From assembly GCA_965242525.1 (NCBI GenBank), contig OZ251459.1, forward strand, positions 192,001-256,000: a stretch of 64,000 nucleotides of DNA. Reading direction: 5' to 3'. The first letter of the stretch is position 1, and the number at the start of each line of letters is the position of its first letter. Below are positions 23,701 through 38,700 of the stretch, one piece after another. This DNA is from an uncultured Candidatus Binatia bacterium (lineage in GTDB: Bacteria > Desulfobacterota > Binatia > UBA9968 > JAJDTQ01). The position numbers were made by a program, and so were the translations under genes. The notes beneath the pieces were generated by a model, which saw nothing but the letters and a program-made list of their open reading frames with translations, made no database searches and was not told the DNA's origin.

Positions 23701-26700
23701 ACCAACCCCGGTTCGGCGACGGTGACCGCGACCTTGGACCGGGCGTCGAGCGAGGCGGTAACGCTGACGGTGGCAGCGTCGGCCGGGACCAACGCGGAGG
23801 GCGGCGGCGTCTCGCTGCCGGGCGCACAGTCGCCTACCGACGGCCCGGGAGAGAGGACGAGCACCGGCGCGGTAACGGGGACGAGCACGGACGACCGCGA
23901 CTTCACGCTGTCGAGCGCAAGGACGCTCACCATCGCCGCGGGGGAGAGGACGAGCACCGGCACGGTGACCGTGACCGCGGTCGACGACACTGTGGACGCG
24001 CCCGACAAGCAAGTGACCGTCTCGGCAACGGTGAGCGGCGACAGCGGCGTTGCTGACCCGTCGAGCGTGACGCTCACGATTGAGGACGACGAGGCGGCTC
24101 CGACGGTCGTGCTTGCGGTAGCGGACGCCTCGATCTCCGAGAACGGCGGCACGACGACGGTGACGGCGACGCTGAGCCACATGTCGAGCGCGGCGACCAC
24201 GGTCACCGTGCAGCCGGAGGCCGGCGCTTACACGGTGGACGCGGCCGCCACGATCACGATCGCGGCAGGTGAGACGGAGAACGCGGCGGACAGCGTGACG
24301 ATCACGGCGGTGAACGATGACGTGGACAACGTAGGCGACCGGGCCGTGACGGTGACGGGCACGGCGGCCAACGCCCAGGCTGCCGCCGAGTCGGCGACGG
24401 TGGCCGTAACCGGCGCGGCGCTGACGCTGACCGACGACGAAGCCACGCCGGAGGCGACGCTGGCGCTGAGCCCGGCGACCATCGACGAACACGACGGGAC
24501 GAATCCGGGGGCGGCGACGGTGACGGCGACGCTGAATCGTGCATCGACCGAGGCTGTAACCCTGACGGTGGCAGCCACGGCGGCGACGAACGCGGCGGAC
24601 GGCGACTTCAGCTTGTCGAGCGCCAAGACGCTGACCATCGCGGCGGGAGACACGAGCAGCACCGGGACGGTGACGGTGACCGCGGTCGACAACACGGCGG
24701 ACGCGCCGGACAAGGAAGTGACCGTCTCGGCAGCGGCGAGCGGCGACAGCGGCGTAGCTGACCCGGCGAGCGTGACGCTGACGATCGAGGACGACGAAGC
24801 GGCGCCGACGGTCGCGCTTGCGGTAGCGGACGCCTCGATCTCCGAGGACGGCGGCACCACGGCGGTGACGGCGACCTTAAGCCACGCGTCGAGCGCGGCG
24901 ACCACGGTCACCGTGCAGCCGGAGGCGGGCGCCTACACGGTGGGCGCGGACGCGACTATCACGATTGCGGCGGGTGAGACGACGAACGCGGCCGACAGCG
25001 TGACGATCACGGCGGTGAACGACGCGGTGGACAACGTGGGCGACCGGGCGGTGACGGTGACGGGCACGGCGGCCAACGCGCAGGCTGCCGCCGAGTCGGC
25101 GACGGTGGCCGTAACCGGCGCGGCGCTGACGCTGACCGACGACGAAGACACGCCGGAGGCGACGCTGGCGCTGAGCCCGGCGACCATCGACGAACACGAC
25201 GGGACGAATCCGGGGGCGGCGACGGTGACCGCCACGCTGAACCGGGCGTCTACTGAGGCGGTCACGCTGACCGTGGCGGCAGCGGCCGGAACCAATGCGG
25301 CGGCGACCGACTTCAGCCTGTCGGCTGCGGAGACACTTACGATCGCAGCGGGGGAGACGAGCAGCACCGGCACGGTAACGGTCACGGCGGTCGACAACGC
25401 CGTCGACGCGCCGGACAAGGAAGTGACGGTCTCGGCAACGGCGAGCGGCGACAGCGGCGTAGCTGACCCGGCGAGCGTGACGCTCACGATTGAGGACGAC
25501 GAGGCGGCTCCGACGGTCGTGCTTGCGGTAGCCGACGCCTCGATCTCCGAGAACGGCGGCACGACGGCGGTGACGGCGACGCTGAGCCACGCGTCGAGCG
25601 CGGCGACCACGATCACCGTGCAGCCGGAGGCGGGCGCCTACACGGTGGGTGCGGACGCCACTATCACGATTGCGGCGGGTGAGACGACGAACGCGACTGA
25701 CAGCGTGAGGATCACGGCGGTGAACGACGCCGTGGACAACGTGGGCGACCGGGCGGTGACGGTGACGGGCACGGCGGCCAACGCCCAGGCCGCCGCCGAG
25801 TCGGAGACGGTGGCGGTGACCGGCGCGGCGCTGACGCTGACCGACGACGAAGACACGCCAGTGGCGACCCTGGCGCTGAGTGAAGCGACGATCGACGAGC
25901 ACGACGGGACCAACCCCGGATCGGCGACGGTGACGGCAACTTTGGACCGGGCGTCGAGCGAGGCGGTCACGCTGACCGTGGCGGCAGCGGCGGGGACGAA
26001 CGCGGCATCGGGCGACTTCAGCCTGTCGGTCGCAAAGACGCTCACCATCGCGGCCGGAGAGACCAGCAGCACCGGCACGGTGACGGTGACCGCGGTCGAC
26101 AACACGGCGGACGCGCCGGACAAGGAAGTGACCGTCTCAGCGGCGGTGAGCGGCGACAGCGGCATTGCCGCGCCGACGAACGTGACGCTGACCATCGAGG
26201 ACGACGAAGCGGCGCCGACGGTCGCGCTTGCGGTAGCCGACGCCTCGATCTCCGAGAACGGCGGCACGACGACGGTGACGGCGACGCTGAGCCATGCGTC
26301 GAGCGCGGCGACCACGATCACCGTGGAGCCGGAGGCCGGCGCATACACGGTGGACGCGGATGCCACGATCACGATCGCGGCAGGCGAGACGGAGAACGCG
26401 ACCGACAGCGTGACGATCACGGCGGTGAACGACGCGGTGGACAACGTGGGCGACCGGGCGGTGACGGTGACGGGCATGGCGGCCAACGCGCAGGCTGCCG
26501 CCGAGTCGGAGACGGTGGCGGTGACCGGCGCGGCGCTGACGCTGACGGATGATGAAGCCACGCCGGCGGTGACATTGGCGCTGAGCGACGCGGCGATCGA
26601 CGAGCACGACGGAACCAACCTTGGATCGGCGACGGTGACGGCGACCCTGGACCGGGCGTCGAGCGAGGCTGTGACGCTCACCGTGGCGGTAGCGGCAGGG

Positions 26701-29700
26701 ACGAACGCGGCGGCCAGCGACTTCAGTCTGTCGAGCACGAAGACGCTTACGATCGCAGCGGGGGAGACGAGCAGCACCGGCACGGTGACGGTGACCGCGG
26801 TCGACAACACGGTCGACGCGCCGGACAAGCAGGTGACCGTCTCGGCAACGGTGAGCGGCGACAGCGGCATTGCCGCGCCGACGAACGTGACGCTGACCAT
26901 CGAGGACGACGAAGCGGCGCCGACGGTCGCGCTTGCGGTAGCGGATGCCTCAATCTCCGAGAACGGCGGCACGACGACGGTGACGGCGACGCTGAGCCAT
27001 GCGTCGAGCGCGGTGACCACGATCACGGTGCAGCCGGAGGCGGGCACCTACACGGTGGGTGCGGCCGCCACGATCACGATTGCGGCGGGTGAGACGGAGA
27101 ACGCGGCCGACAGCGTGACGATCACGGCGGTGAACGACGCGGTGGACAACGTGGGCGACCGTGCGGTGACGGTGACGGGCACGGCGGCCAACGCCCAGGC
27201 CGCCGCGGAGTCGGCGACGGTGGCCGTGACCGGCGCGGCGCTGACGCTGACCGACGACGAAGACACGCCGGAGGCAACGCTGGCGCTCAGTCCGGCGACG
27301 ATCGACGAGCACGACGGGACGAATCCGGGGGCGGCGACGGTGACCGCCACGTTGAACCGTGCATCCACTGAGGCAGTGACGCTGACGGTCGCTGCGGTCG
27401 CGGGGACGAACGCGGCGACGACGGACTTCAACCTGTCGAGCACGAAAACGCTGACCATCGCGGCGGGAGACACCAGCAGCACCGGCACGGTGACGGTGAC
27501 CGCGGTCGACAACACCGCGGACGCGCCGGACAAGGAAGTGACCATCTCGGCGTCGGTGAGCGGCGACAGCGGCGTGGCTGACCCGTCGAGCGTGACGCTC
27601 ACGATTGAAGATGACGAAGCGGCGCCGACGGTCGCGCTTGCGGTAGCGGATGCCTCGATCTCCGAGAACGGCGGCACGACGGCGGTGACGGCGACGCTGA
27701 GCCACGCGTCGAGCGCGGCGACCACGATCACCGTGCAGCCAGAGGCGGGCGCTTACACGGTGGACGCGGACGCCACGATCACGATTGCGGCAGGTGAGAC
27801 GGAGAACGCGACCGACAGCGTGACGATCACGGCGGTGAACGACGCCGTGGACAACGTGGGCGACCGGGCGGTGACGGTGACGGGCACGGCGGCCAATGCC
27901 CAGGCTGCCGCCGAGTCGGCGACGGTGGCCGTAACCGGCGCGGCGCTGACGCTGACCGACGACGAGACTACGCCGACGGCGACGCTGGCGCTGAGTCCGG
28001 CGACGATCGACGAGCACGACGGGACCAATCCGGGGTCCGCTACGGTGACCGCCACGCTGAACCGCGCTTCGAGTGAGGCGGTCACGCTGACCGTGGCGGC
28101 AGCGGCGGGAACCAATGCGGCGGCGACCGACTTCAGCCTGTCGGCTGCGAAGACGCTTACGATCGCAGCGGGGGAGACGAGCAGCACCGGCACGGTGACC
28201 GTGACCGCGGTCGACAACACGGCGGACGCGCCGGACAAGGAAGTGACCGTCTCGGCAACGGTGAGCGGCGACAGCGGCGTTGCTGACCCGGCGAGCGTGA
28301 CGCTCACGATTGAAGATGACGAAGCTGCGCCGACGGTGGCGCTTGCGGTAGCCGACGCCTCGATCTCCGAGAACGGCGGCACGACCGCGGTGACGGCCAC
28401 GCTGAGCCATGCGTCGAGCGCGGCGACCACGGTCACCGTGCAGCCGGAGGCGGGCGCCTACACGGTGGGTGCGGACGCCACGATCACGATTGCGGCAGGT
28501 GAGACGGAGAACGCGACCGACAGCGTGACGATCACGGCGGTGAACGACGCGGTGGACAACGTGGGCGACCGGGCGGTGACGGTGACGGGCACGACGGCCA
28601 ACGCCCAAGCCGCCGCCGAGTCGGAGACGGTGGCCGTAACCGGCGCGGCGCTGACGCTGACCGACGACGAAGACACGCCGGAGGCGACGTTGGCGCTGAG
28701 CCCGGCGACCATCGATGAACACGACGGAACCAACCCTGGATCGGCGACGGTGACCGCGACGCTGAACCGGGCGTCCACTGAGGCAGTGACGCTGACCGTG
28801 GCGGCAGCGGCGGGAACCAATGCGGCGGCGACCGACTTCAGCCTGTCGGCTGCGAAGACGCTTACGATCGCAGCGGGGGAGACGAGCAGCACCGGCACGG
28901 TGACCGTGACCGCGGTCGACAACACGGCGGACGCGCCGGACAAGGAAGTGACCGTCTCGGCAACGGTGAGCGGCGACAGCGGCGTTGCTGACCCGGCGAG
29001 CGTGACGCTCACGATTGAAGATGACGAAGCTGCGCCGACGGTGGCGCTTGCGGTAGCCGACGCCTCGATCTCCGAGAACGGCGGCACGACCGCGGTGACG
29101 GCCACGCTGAGCCATGCGTCGAGCGCGGCGACCACGGTCACCGTGCAGCCGGAGGCGGGCGCCTACACGGTGGGTGCGGACGCCACGATCACGATTGCGG
29201 CGGGTGAGACGACGAACGCGACCGACAGCGTGACGATCACGGCGGTGAACGACGCGGTGGACAACGTGGGCGACCGGGCGGTGACGATGACGGGCACGGC
29301 GGCCAACGCCCAGGCCGCCGCCGAGTCGGAGACGGTGGCGGTGACCGGCGCGGCGCTGACGCTGACCGACGACGAAGACACGCCAGTGGCGACCCTGGCG
29401 CTGAGTGACGCGACGATCGACGAGCACGACGGGACGAATCCGGGTTCGGCGACGGTGACGGCGACGCTGAATCGTGCATCAAGCGAGGCTGTGACCCTGA
29501 CGGTGGCAGCTACGGCGGGGACGAACGCGGCGTCGGGCGACTTCAGCCTGTCGGCCGCAAAGACGCTCACCATCGCAGCCGGAGAGACCAGTAGCACCGG
29601 CACGGTGACGGTGACGGCGGTCGACAACACGGCGGACGCGCCCCACAAGCAGGTGACCGTCTCGGCGACGGTGAGCGGCGACAGTGGCGTTGCCGCCCCG

Positions 29701-32700
29701 GCGAGCGTGACGCTCACGATTGAGGACGACGAGGCGGCGCCGACGGCGACGCTGGCGGTAGCGGACAGGGCCATCAACGAGAACGGCGGCACGACGACGG
29801 TGACGGCGACGTTGAGCCACGCATCAAGCGTGGCGACGACGGTCACCGTGCAGCCGAAGGCGGGCGCCTACACGGTGGGTGCGGACGCCACGATCACGAT
29901 CGCTGCGGGCGAGACGGAGAACGCGGCCGACGGCGTGACGATCACGGCGGTAGACGACGCGATCGACAACGTGGTGAACCGCACGGCGACGGTGACCGGA
30001 ACGGCGCAGAACGGCCACGGTGTGGGGACGGTCACGGGCGCGAGACTCACCCTGACCGACGACGAGGGAGCGCCGACGGCGACGCTGGTGCTGAGCGATG
30101 CGACGATCGACGAGCACGACGGGACCAATCCCGGGTCGGCGACGGTGACCGCGACGCTGAACCGGGCCTCGACCGAGGCGGTAACGCTGACGGTAGTCGC
30201 CGCCGCCGGAACGAACGCGGCGGCGACGGACTTCAGTCTGTCGAGTACAAAGACTCTGACCATCGCGGCCGGGGACACGAGCAGCACCGGCACGGTGACG
30301 GTGACCGCGATCGACAACACGGTCGACGCGCCGGACAAACGGGTGAGCATCTCGGCATCGGTGAGCGGCGACAGCGGGGTTGCCGCGCCGACAAGCGTGA
30401 CGCTGACCATTGAGGACGACGAAGCGGCGCCGACGGTCGCGCTGGCGGTAGCGGACGCCTCGATCTCCGAGAACGGCGGCACGACCACGGTGACGGCGAC
30501 GCTGAGCCACACGTCGAGCGCGGCGACTACGATCACCGTGGAGCCGGAGGCGGGCGCCTACACGGTGGGCGCGGACGCGACGATCACGATTGCGGCGGGC
30601 GAGACGGAGAACGCGACCGACAGCGTGACGATCACGGCGGTGAACGACGCCGTGGACAACGTAGGCGACCGCGCCGTGACGGTGACCGGAACGGCGCAGA
30701 ACGGCCACGACGTGGGGACCGTCACCGGAGCGGCGCTGACGCTGACCGACGACGAGGAGACGCCGGAGGCGACGCTGGCGCTGAGCCCGGCGGCGATCGA
30801 CGAACACGACGGGACGAATCCGGGGTCGAGCACGGTGACGGCCACGCTGAACCGTGCATCGACCGAGGCGGTGACGCTGACGGTGGCAGCGACGGCAGGG
30901 ACGAACGCGGCGGCCAGCGACTTCAGCCTGTCGTCCGCAAAGACGCTGACCATCGCGGCGGGGGACACGAGCAGCACCGGCACGGTGACGGTGACCGCGG
31001 TGGACAACACGGCGGACGCGCCGGACAAGCAGGTGACGGTGTCGGCGTCGGTGAGCGGCGACAGCGGCGTGGCGGCCCCGTCGAACGTGACCCTGACGAT
31101 CGAGGACGACGAGGCAGCGCCGACGGTAGCGCTGGCGGTAACGCACAACCCGATCTCCGAGAACGGCGGCACGACGACGGTGACGGCCGCGTTGAGCCAT
31201 CCGTCGAGCGCCGCGACCACGATCACCGTGTCGGCGGCGGCCGGGGATCACACGGTGGCGGCGGACTTCGAGCAGACAGGGACGGCGCTCAGCATCGCCG
31301 CCGGAGACACGACCAGCACCGGAACGGTGACGATCGCGGCGGTGGACGACGACGAGGACGCGGCCCACGACAAGACGGTGACGGTGACCGGTTCCGCGCA
31401 GAACAGCCAGGGGGTGGGTAGGGTGACCGGGGCCAGCCTCACCCTCACCGACGACGACGTGAACAAGGTTCCGAGCTTCGGGACGGTGATCGAGGACCAG
31501 GAATGGCCGGTAGCGACGGAAATCGCGCGGCTCGACCTGCCGCAGGCGACCGGCGGGGACGGCCCGCTGACGTACACGATGTCGCCGGCGCTGCCGTCGT
31601 GGCTGACGCGGGACGGGTTTGCGGTGACCGGGACCACGCCGGCGCTTTCGGTGGCGGGCAGGGACTACACGTGGACGGCGCGGGACTCCGACGGGGACGT
31701 GGCGGAGCTGACGTTCGAGATCGCCGTGTCGGAGACCACGGTGGACCCGGAGGGCGGGATGCTGTCGCTGGCGATCTCATCGCCGCGCGTGACGGAGGGA
31801 GCATCGGGCGCGACGGCGGCGCTGAGCTACGCGGTGACGCTGAGCTCGGCGAGCACCGAGCAGGTGACGGTGAAGTATGCGGACGCGGGTACGGGGACGG
31901 CGGCGTCGGGGACCGACTACGCGGCGCTCAGTGCGGGGACGCTGACGTTTGCGCCCGGCGACACGAGCAAGACGGTAACGGTGACGGTGACCGGCGACGG
32001 GGTGGACGAGCCGAACGAGACGGTAAAGGTCTCGCTGAGTCTGCCGGTGAACGCCAACGTCCCGGTGAGCGGAGGCACGGGGACCGGGACGATCGAGGAC
32101 GACGATGCTGCGCCGACGGTGACGCTGGCGGTGGCGGACAGCGCGATTGCCGAGAACGGGGGCACGACGACGGTGACGGCGACGCTGAGCCATGAGTCGA
32201 GCGCGGCGACCACGATCACCGTGGAGCCGGAGGCGGGCGCCTACACGGTGGGAGCGGACGCGACCATCACGATCGCGGCTGGCGCCACGTCGAACGCTAC
32301 GGACACGGCGACGGTCACGGCGGTGAACGACGCGATCGACAACGTGGGCAACCGGGCCGTGACGGTGACGGGAACGGCGGCCAACGCGCAGGCTGCCGCG
32401 GAGTCGGCGACGGTGTCCGTGACCGGCGCGGCGCTGACGCTGACCGACGACGAGGACACGCCGGAGGCGACTCTGGCGCTGAGCGACGCGACGATCGACG
32501 AGCACGATGGGACGAATACCGGGTCGAGCACGGTAACGGCGACGCTGAACCGCGCGTCGAGTGAGGCGGTCACGCTGACGGTGGCGGCGGCCGCGGGGAC
32601 GAACGCGGCGGCGACGGACTTCAGCCTGTCGAGCGCCAAGACGCTCATAATAGCGGCGGGGGAGACCAGCAGCACCGGCACGGTGACAGTGACGGCGGTG

Positions 32701-35700
32701 GACAACACGGCGGACGCGCCGGACAAGGAAGTGACGGTCTCGGCGACGGTGAGCGGCGCCAGCGGGGTGGCGGACCCGACGAACGTGACGCTGACGATCG
32801 AGGACGACGAAGCTGTGCCGACGGTGGCGCTGACGGTAGCGGACGCCTCGATCTCCGAGAACGGCGGCACGACGACGGTGACGGCGACTTTGAGCCATGC
32901 GTCGAGCACGGTGACCACGATCACCGTGGAGCCGGGGGCCGGCGCATACACGGTGGGTGCGGACGCCACGATCACGATCGCGGCGGGTGAGGCGGAGAAC
33001 GCGACCGACAGCGTGACGATCACGGCGGTGAACGACGCGATCGACAACGTAGGCGACCGGGCGGTGACGGTGACGGGAACGGCGGCCAATGCGCAGGCCG
33101 CCGCTGAGTCGGCGACGGTGGCGGTGACCGGCGCGGCGTTGACGCTGACTGACGACGAGACCACGCCGATGGCGACGCTGGCGCTGAGCGATGCGACGAT
33201 CGACGAGCACGACGGGACGAACCCGGGGTCGGCGACGGTGACGGCGACGTTGGACCGGGTGTCGAGCGAGGCGGTGACGTTGACGGTGGCAGCGACGGCG
33301 GGGACGAACGCGGCGTCGGGGGACTTCAGCTTGTCGAGCGCGAAGACCCTGACCATCGCGGCGGGGGAGACGAGTAGCACCGGCACGGTGACGGTGACCG
33401 CGGTGGACAACACCGCGGACGCGCCGGACAAGGAAGTGACGGTCTCGGCGTCGGTGAGCGGGGACAGCGGCGTTGCTGACCCGGTGAGCGTGACGCTGAC
33501 GATCGAAGACGACGAAGCGGCGCCGACGGTCGCACTTGCGGTAGCGGATGCCTCGATCTCCGAGAACGGCGGCACGACCAGGGTGACGGCCACGCTGAGC
33601 CATGCGTCGAGCGCGGCGACGACGATCACCGTGCAGCCGGAGGCCGGCGCCTACACGGTGGGCGCGGCCGCCACGATCACGATTGCGGCGGGTGAGATGG
33701 CGAACGCGACCGACAGCGTGACGATCACGGCGGTGAACGACGCCATCGACAACGTGGGCAACCGGGCCGTGACGGTGACGGGCACGGCGGCCAACGCGCA
33801 GGCTGCCGCCGAGTCGGCGACGGTGTCCGTGACCGGCGCGGCGCTCACTCTGACCGACGACGAGGAGACGCCGGAGGCGACCCTGGCGCTGAGCGATGCG
33901 ACGATCGACGAACACGACGGGGCCAACCCCGGGTCGGCGACGGTGACGGCGACGCTGAACCGTGCATCGACCGAGGCGGTAACGCTGACCGTGGCGGCCA
34001 CGGCAGGGACGAACGCGGCGGACGGCGACTTCAGCTTGTCGAGCGCGAAGACGCTCACCATCGCGGCGGGGGAGACGAGCAGCACGGGCACGGTGACGGT
34101 GACGGCGGTCGATAACACGGCGGACGCGCCGGACAAGGAAGTGACCGTGTCGGCAACGGTGAGCGGCGACAGCGGCGTGGCTGACCCGGCGAGCGTGACG
34201 CTGACGATCGAAGACGACGAAGCAGCGCCGACGGTCGCGTTGGCGGTAGCCGACGCCTCGATCTCCGAGAACGGCGGCACGACGACGGTGACGGCGACGC
34301 TGAGCCATGCGTCGAGCGCGGCGACCACGGTCACCGTGGAGCCGGAGGCGGGCGCCTACACGGTGGGCGCGGACGCGACGCTCACGATTGCGGCGGGCGA
34401 AACGTCGAACGCGGCGGACAGCGTGACGATCACGGCGGTAGACGACGCGATCGACAACGTGGGCAACCGCGCTGTGACGGTGACGGGAACGGCGGCCAAC
34501 GCCCAGGCTGCCGCCGAGTCGGCGACGGTGTCCGTCACCGGAGCAGCGCTGACGCTGACCGACGACGAAGCGACGCCGACAGCGACGCTGGCGCTGAGCG
34601 ATGCGACGATCGACGAACACGACGGGGCCAACCCCGGGTCGGCGACGGTGACGGCCACGTTGAACCACGCGTCGAGTGAGGCGTTGACGTTGACGGTGGC
34701 AGCGACGGCAGGGACGAACGCGGCGGCGACGGACTTCGGTTTGTCGAGCACGAAGACGCTGACCATCGCGGCGGGGGACACGAGCAGCACCGGCGCGGTG
34801 ACGGTGACCGCGGTGGACAACACGGCGGACGCGCCGGACAAGCAGGTGACCGTGTCGGCGTCGGTGAGCGGCGACAGCGGCGTGGCGGCCCCGTCGAACG
34901 TGACCCTGACGATCGAGGACGACGAGGCAGCGCCGACGGTAGCGCTGGCGGTAGCGCACAACCCGATCTCCGAGAACGGCGGCGCGACGACGGTGACGGC
35001 CACGTTGAGCCATCCGTCGAGCGCCGCGACCACGGTCACGGTGTCGGCGGCGGCCGGGGATCACACGGTGGCGGCGGACTTCGAGCAGACGGGGACGACG
35101 CTCAGCATCGCCGCCGGAGACACGACCAGCACCGGTACGGTGACGATCGCGGCGGTGGACGACGACGAGGACGCGGCCCACGACAAGACGGTGAGGGTGA
35201 CCGGTTCCGCGCAGAACAGCCAAGGCGTGGGGACGGTGACTGGCGCCAGCCTCACCCTCACCGACGACGACGTGAACAAGGTTCCGAGCTTCGGGACGGT
35301 GATCGAGGACCAGGAATGGCCGGTAGCGACGGAGATCGCGCGGCTCGACCTGCCGGAGGCGACGGGTGGTGATGGGGCGCTGACGTACACGATGACGCCG
35401 GCGCTGCCGTCGTGGCTGACGCGGAACGGGTTTGCGGTGACCGGGACCACGCCGGCGCTTTCGGTGGCAGGCAGGGACTACACGTGGACGGTGCGGGACT
35501 CCGACGGGGACGTGGCGGAGTTGACGTTCGAGATCGCCGTGTCGGCAACCACGGTGGACCCGGAGGGCGGGATGCTGTCGCTGGCGGTCTCATCGCCGCG
35601 CGTGACGGAGGGAGCAGCGGGCGCGACGGCGTCGCTGAGCTACGCGGTGACGCTGAGCGCGGCGAGCACCGAGCAGGTGACGGTGAAGTACGCGGACGCG

Positions 35701-38700
35701 GGTACGGGGACGGCGGCGTCCGGGACCGACTACGCGGCGCTCAGTGCGGGGACGCTGACGTTTGCGCCCGGTGACACGAGCAAGACGGTCACGGTGACGG
35801 TGACCGGCGACGGGGTGGATGAGCCGAACGAGACGGTGAAGGTTTCGCTGAGCCTGCCGGTGAACGCCAACGTCCCGGTGAGCGGAGGCACGGGGACGGG
35901 GACGATCGAGGACGACGATGCTGCGCCGACGGTGACGCTGGCGGTGGCGGACAGCGCCATCGCCGAGGACGGGGGTACGACGACGGTGACGGCGACGCTG
36001 AGCCATGAGTCGAGCGCGGCGACCACGATCACCGTGGAGCCGGAGGCGGGCGCCTACACGGTGGGAGCGGACGCGACCATCACGATTGCGGCTGGCGCCA
36101 CGTCGAACGCTACGGACACGGCGACGATCACGGCGGTGAACGACGCGATCGACAACGTAGGCGACCGGGCGGTGACGGTAACGGGAACGGCGGCCAACGC
36201 GCAGGCTGCCGCGGAGTCGGCGACGGTGGCCGTGACCGGCGCGTCGCTGACGCTGACCGACGACGAAGACACGCCGGAGGCGACGCTGGCGCTCAGTCCG
36301 ACGGCGATCGACGAGCACGACGGGACGAATCCGGGAGCGAGCACGGTGACGGCGACGTTGAACCGTGCGTCAAGCGAGTCGGTGACGCTGACCGTGGCCG
36401 CGGCTGCTGGGAGGAACGCGGCGGCGACGGACTTCAACCTGTCGAGCGCGAAGACGCTCACCATCGCGGCGGGAGAGATGGCGAGCACCGGTACGGTGAT
36501 GGTGACGGCGGTGGACAATACGGCGGACGCGCCGGACAAGGAAGTGACCGTGTCGGCAACGGTGAGCGGCGACAGCGGCGTTGCGGACCCGGCGAGCGCG
36601 ACGCTGACGATCGAGGACGACGAAGCGGCGCCGACGGTGGCGCTGGCGGTAGCGGACGCCTCGATCTCCGAGAACGGCGGTACCACGACGGTGACGGCAA
36701 CGCTGAGCCATGAGTCGAGCGCGGCGACTACAGTCACCGTGGAGCCGGAGGCTGGCGCTTATACGGTGGGCGCGGACGCGACGATCACGATTGCGGCGGG
36801 CGAGACGGCGAACGCGGCGGACAGCGTGACGATCACGGCGGTGAACGACGCGATCGACAACGTGGGCAACCGCGCCGTGACGGCGACGGGGACGGCGGCC
36901 AACGCGCAGGCTGCCGCGGAGTCGGCGACGGTGGCGGTGACCGGCGCGGCGCTGACCTTGACGGACGACGAGGCCGCGCCGGCGGTGACCCTGGCGCTGT
37001 CCGAACCCGATGCGTTGAAGCCGGACACCATCGACGAGAGCGGCGCGGGCAACGCGAGCACGGTGACGGCAACTTTGGACCGCGCGTCGAGCGAGGCGGT
37101 GACGCTGACGGTGGCGGCAGCGGCCGGAACCAATGCGGCGGCGACCGATTACAACCTGTCGAGCGGGAAGACGCTGACCATCGCGGCGGGGGAGACGAGC
37201 AGCACCGGCACGGTGACGGTGACGGCGGTGGACAACACGGTGGACGCGCCGGACAAGGAAGTGACGGTCTCGGCGACGGTGAGCGGGAACAGCGGGGTGT
37301 CGGCCCCGTCCGCCGTGACCCTGACCATCGAGGACGACGATGCTGCGCCGACGGTGACGCTGGCGGTGGCGGACAGCGCGATCTCCGAGAACGGCGGAAC
37401 GACGACGGTGACGGCGACCTTGAGCCACGCGTCGAGTGCGGCGACCACGGTGACGGTGCAGCCGGCGTCGGGCGCCTACACGGTGGGCTCGGATGCGACC
37501 ATCACGATTGCGGCGGGCGAGACGTCGAACGCTTCGGACACGGCGACGGTCACGGCCGTGGACGACGCCATCGACAACGTGGTCAACCGCTCGACGACGG
37601 TGACGGGGACGGCGGCCAACGCGCAGGCTGCCGCGGAGTCGGCGACGGTGGCGGTGACCGGCGCGGCGCTGACTTTGACCGACGACGAAGCCGCGCCGGC
37701 GGTGACCCTGGCGCTGTCCGAACCCGATGCGTTGAAGCCGGACACCATCGACGAGAGCGGCGCGGGCAACGCGAGCACGGTGACGGCAACTTTGGACCGC
37801 GCGTCGAGCGAGGCGGTAACGCTGACGGTGGCAGCGGCGGCGGGCACGAACGCGGTCGCGTCAGACTTCAGTCTGTCGAGCACGAAAACGCTCACCATCG
37901 CGGCGGGGGAGACGGCGAGCACCGGCACGGTGACGGTGACGGCGGTGGACAACACGGTGGACGCGCCGGACAAGGAAGTGACGGTATCGGCGGTGGTGAG
38001 CGGGGACAGCGGCGTGGCGGCTCCGGCGAGCGTGACCTTGACCATTGAGGACGACGAAGCCGCGCCGACGGTGGCGCTGGCGGTAGCGGACGCCTCGATC
38101 TCCGAGAACGGCGGCACCACGACGGTGACGGCGACGCTGAGCCATGCTTCGAGCGTAGCGACCACGATCACCGTGGAGCCGGAGGCCGGCGCCTACACGG
38201 TGGGCGCGGACGCGACGGTCACGATTGCGGCTGGCGAGACCTCGAACGCTTCGGACACGGCGACGATCACGGCGGTGGATGACGCGGTTGACAACGTAGT
38301 CAACCGCTCAGCGACGGTGACCGGGACGGCGCAAAACGGTCACGACGTGGGCGCGGTGACCGGAGCGGCGTTGACGCTGACCGACGACGAAACTACGCCG
38401 ACGGCGACGCTGGCACTGAGCGACGCGACGATCGACGAACACGACGGGACCAACCCCGGGTCGGCGACGGTGACGGCGACGCTGAATCGCGCGTCGAGTG
38501 AGGCGGTCACGCTGACAGTAGCGGCGACCGCCGGGACGAACGCGGCGTCGGGCGACTTCAGCCTGTCGTCCGCAAAGACGCTCACCATCGCGGCGGGGGA
38601 CACGAGCAGCACCGGCACGGTGACCGTGACTGCGGTGGACAACACGGCGCACGCGCCCGACAAACAGGTGACCGTCTCGGCGTCGGTGAGCGGCGACAGC

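Noticed and set aside
23797-23990. Possible diversity-generating retroelement TR/VR pair
   Set aside because: Differences are not adenine-specific and there is no reverse transcriptase in the window.
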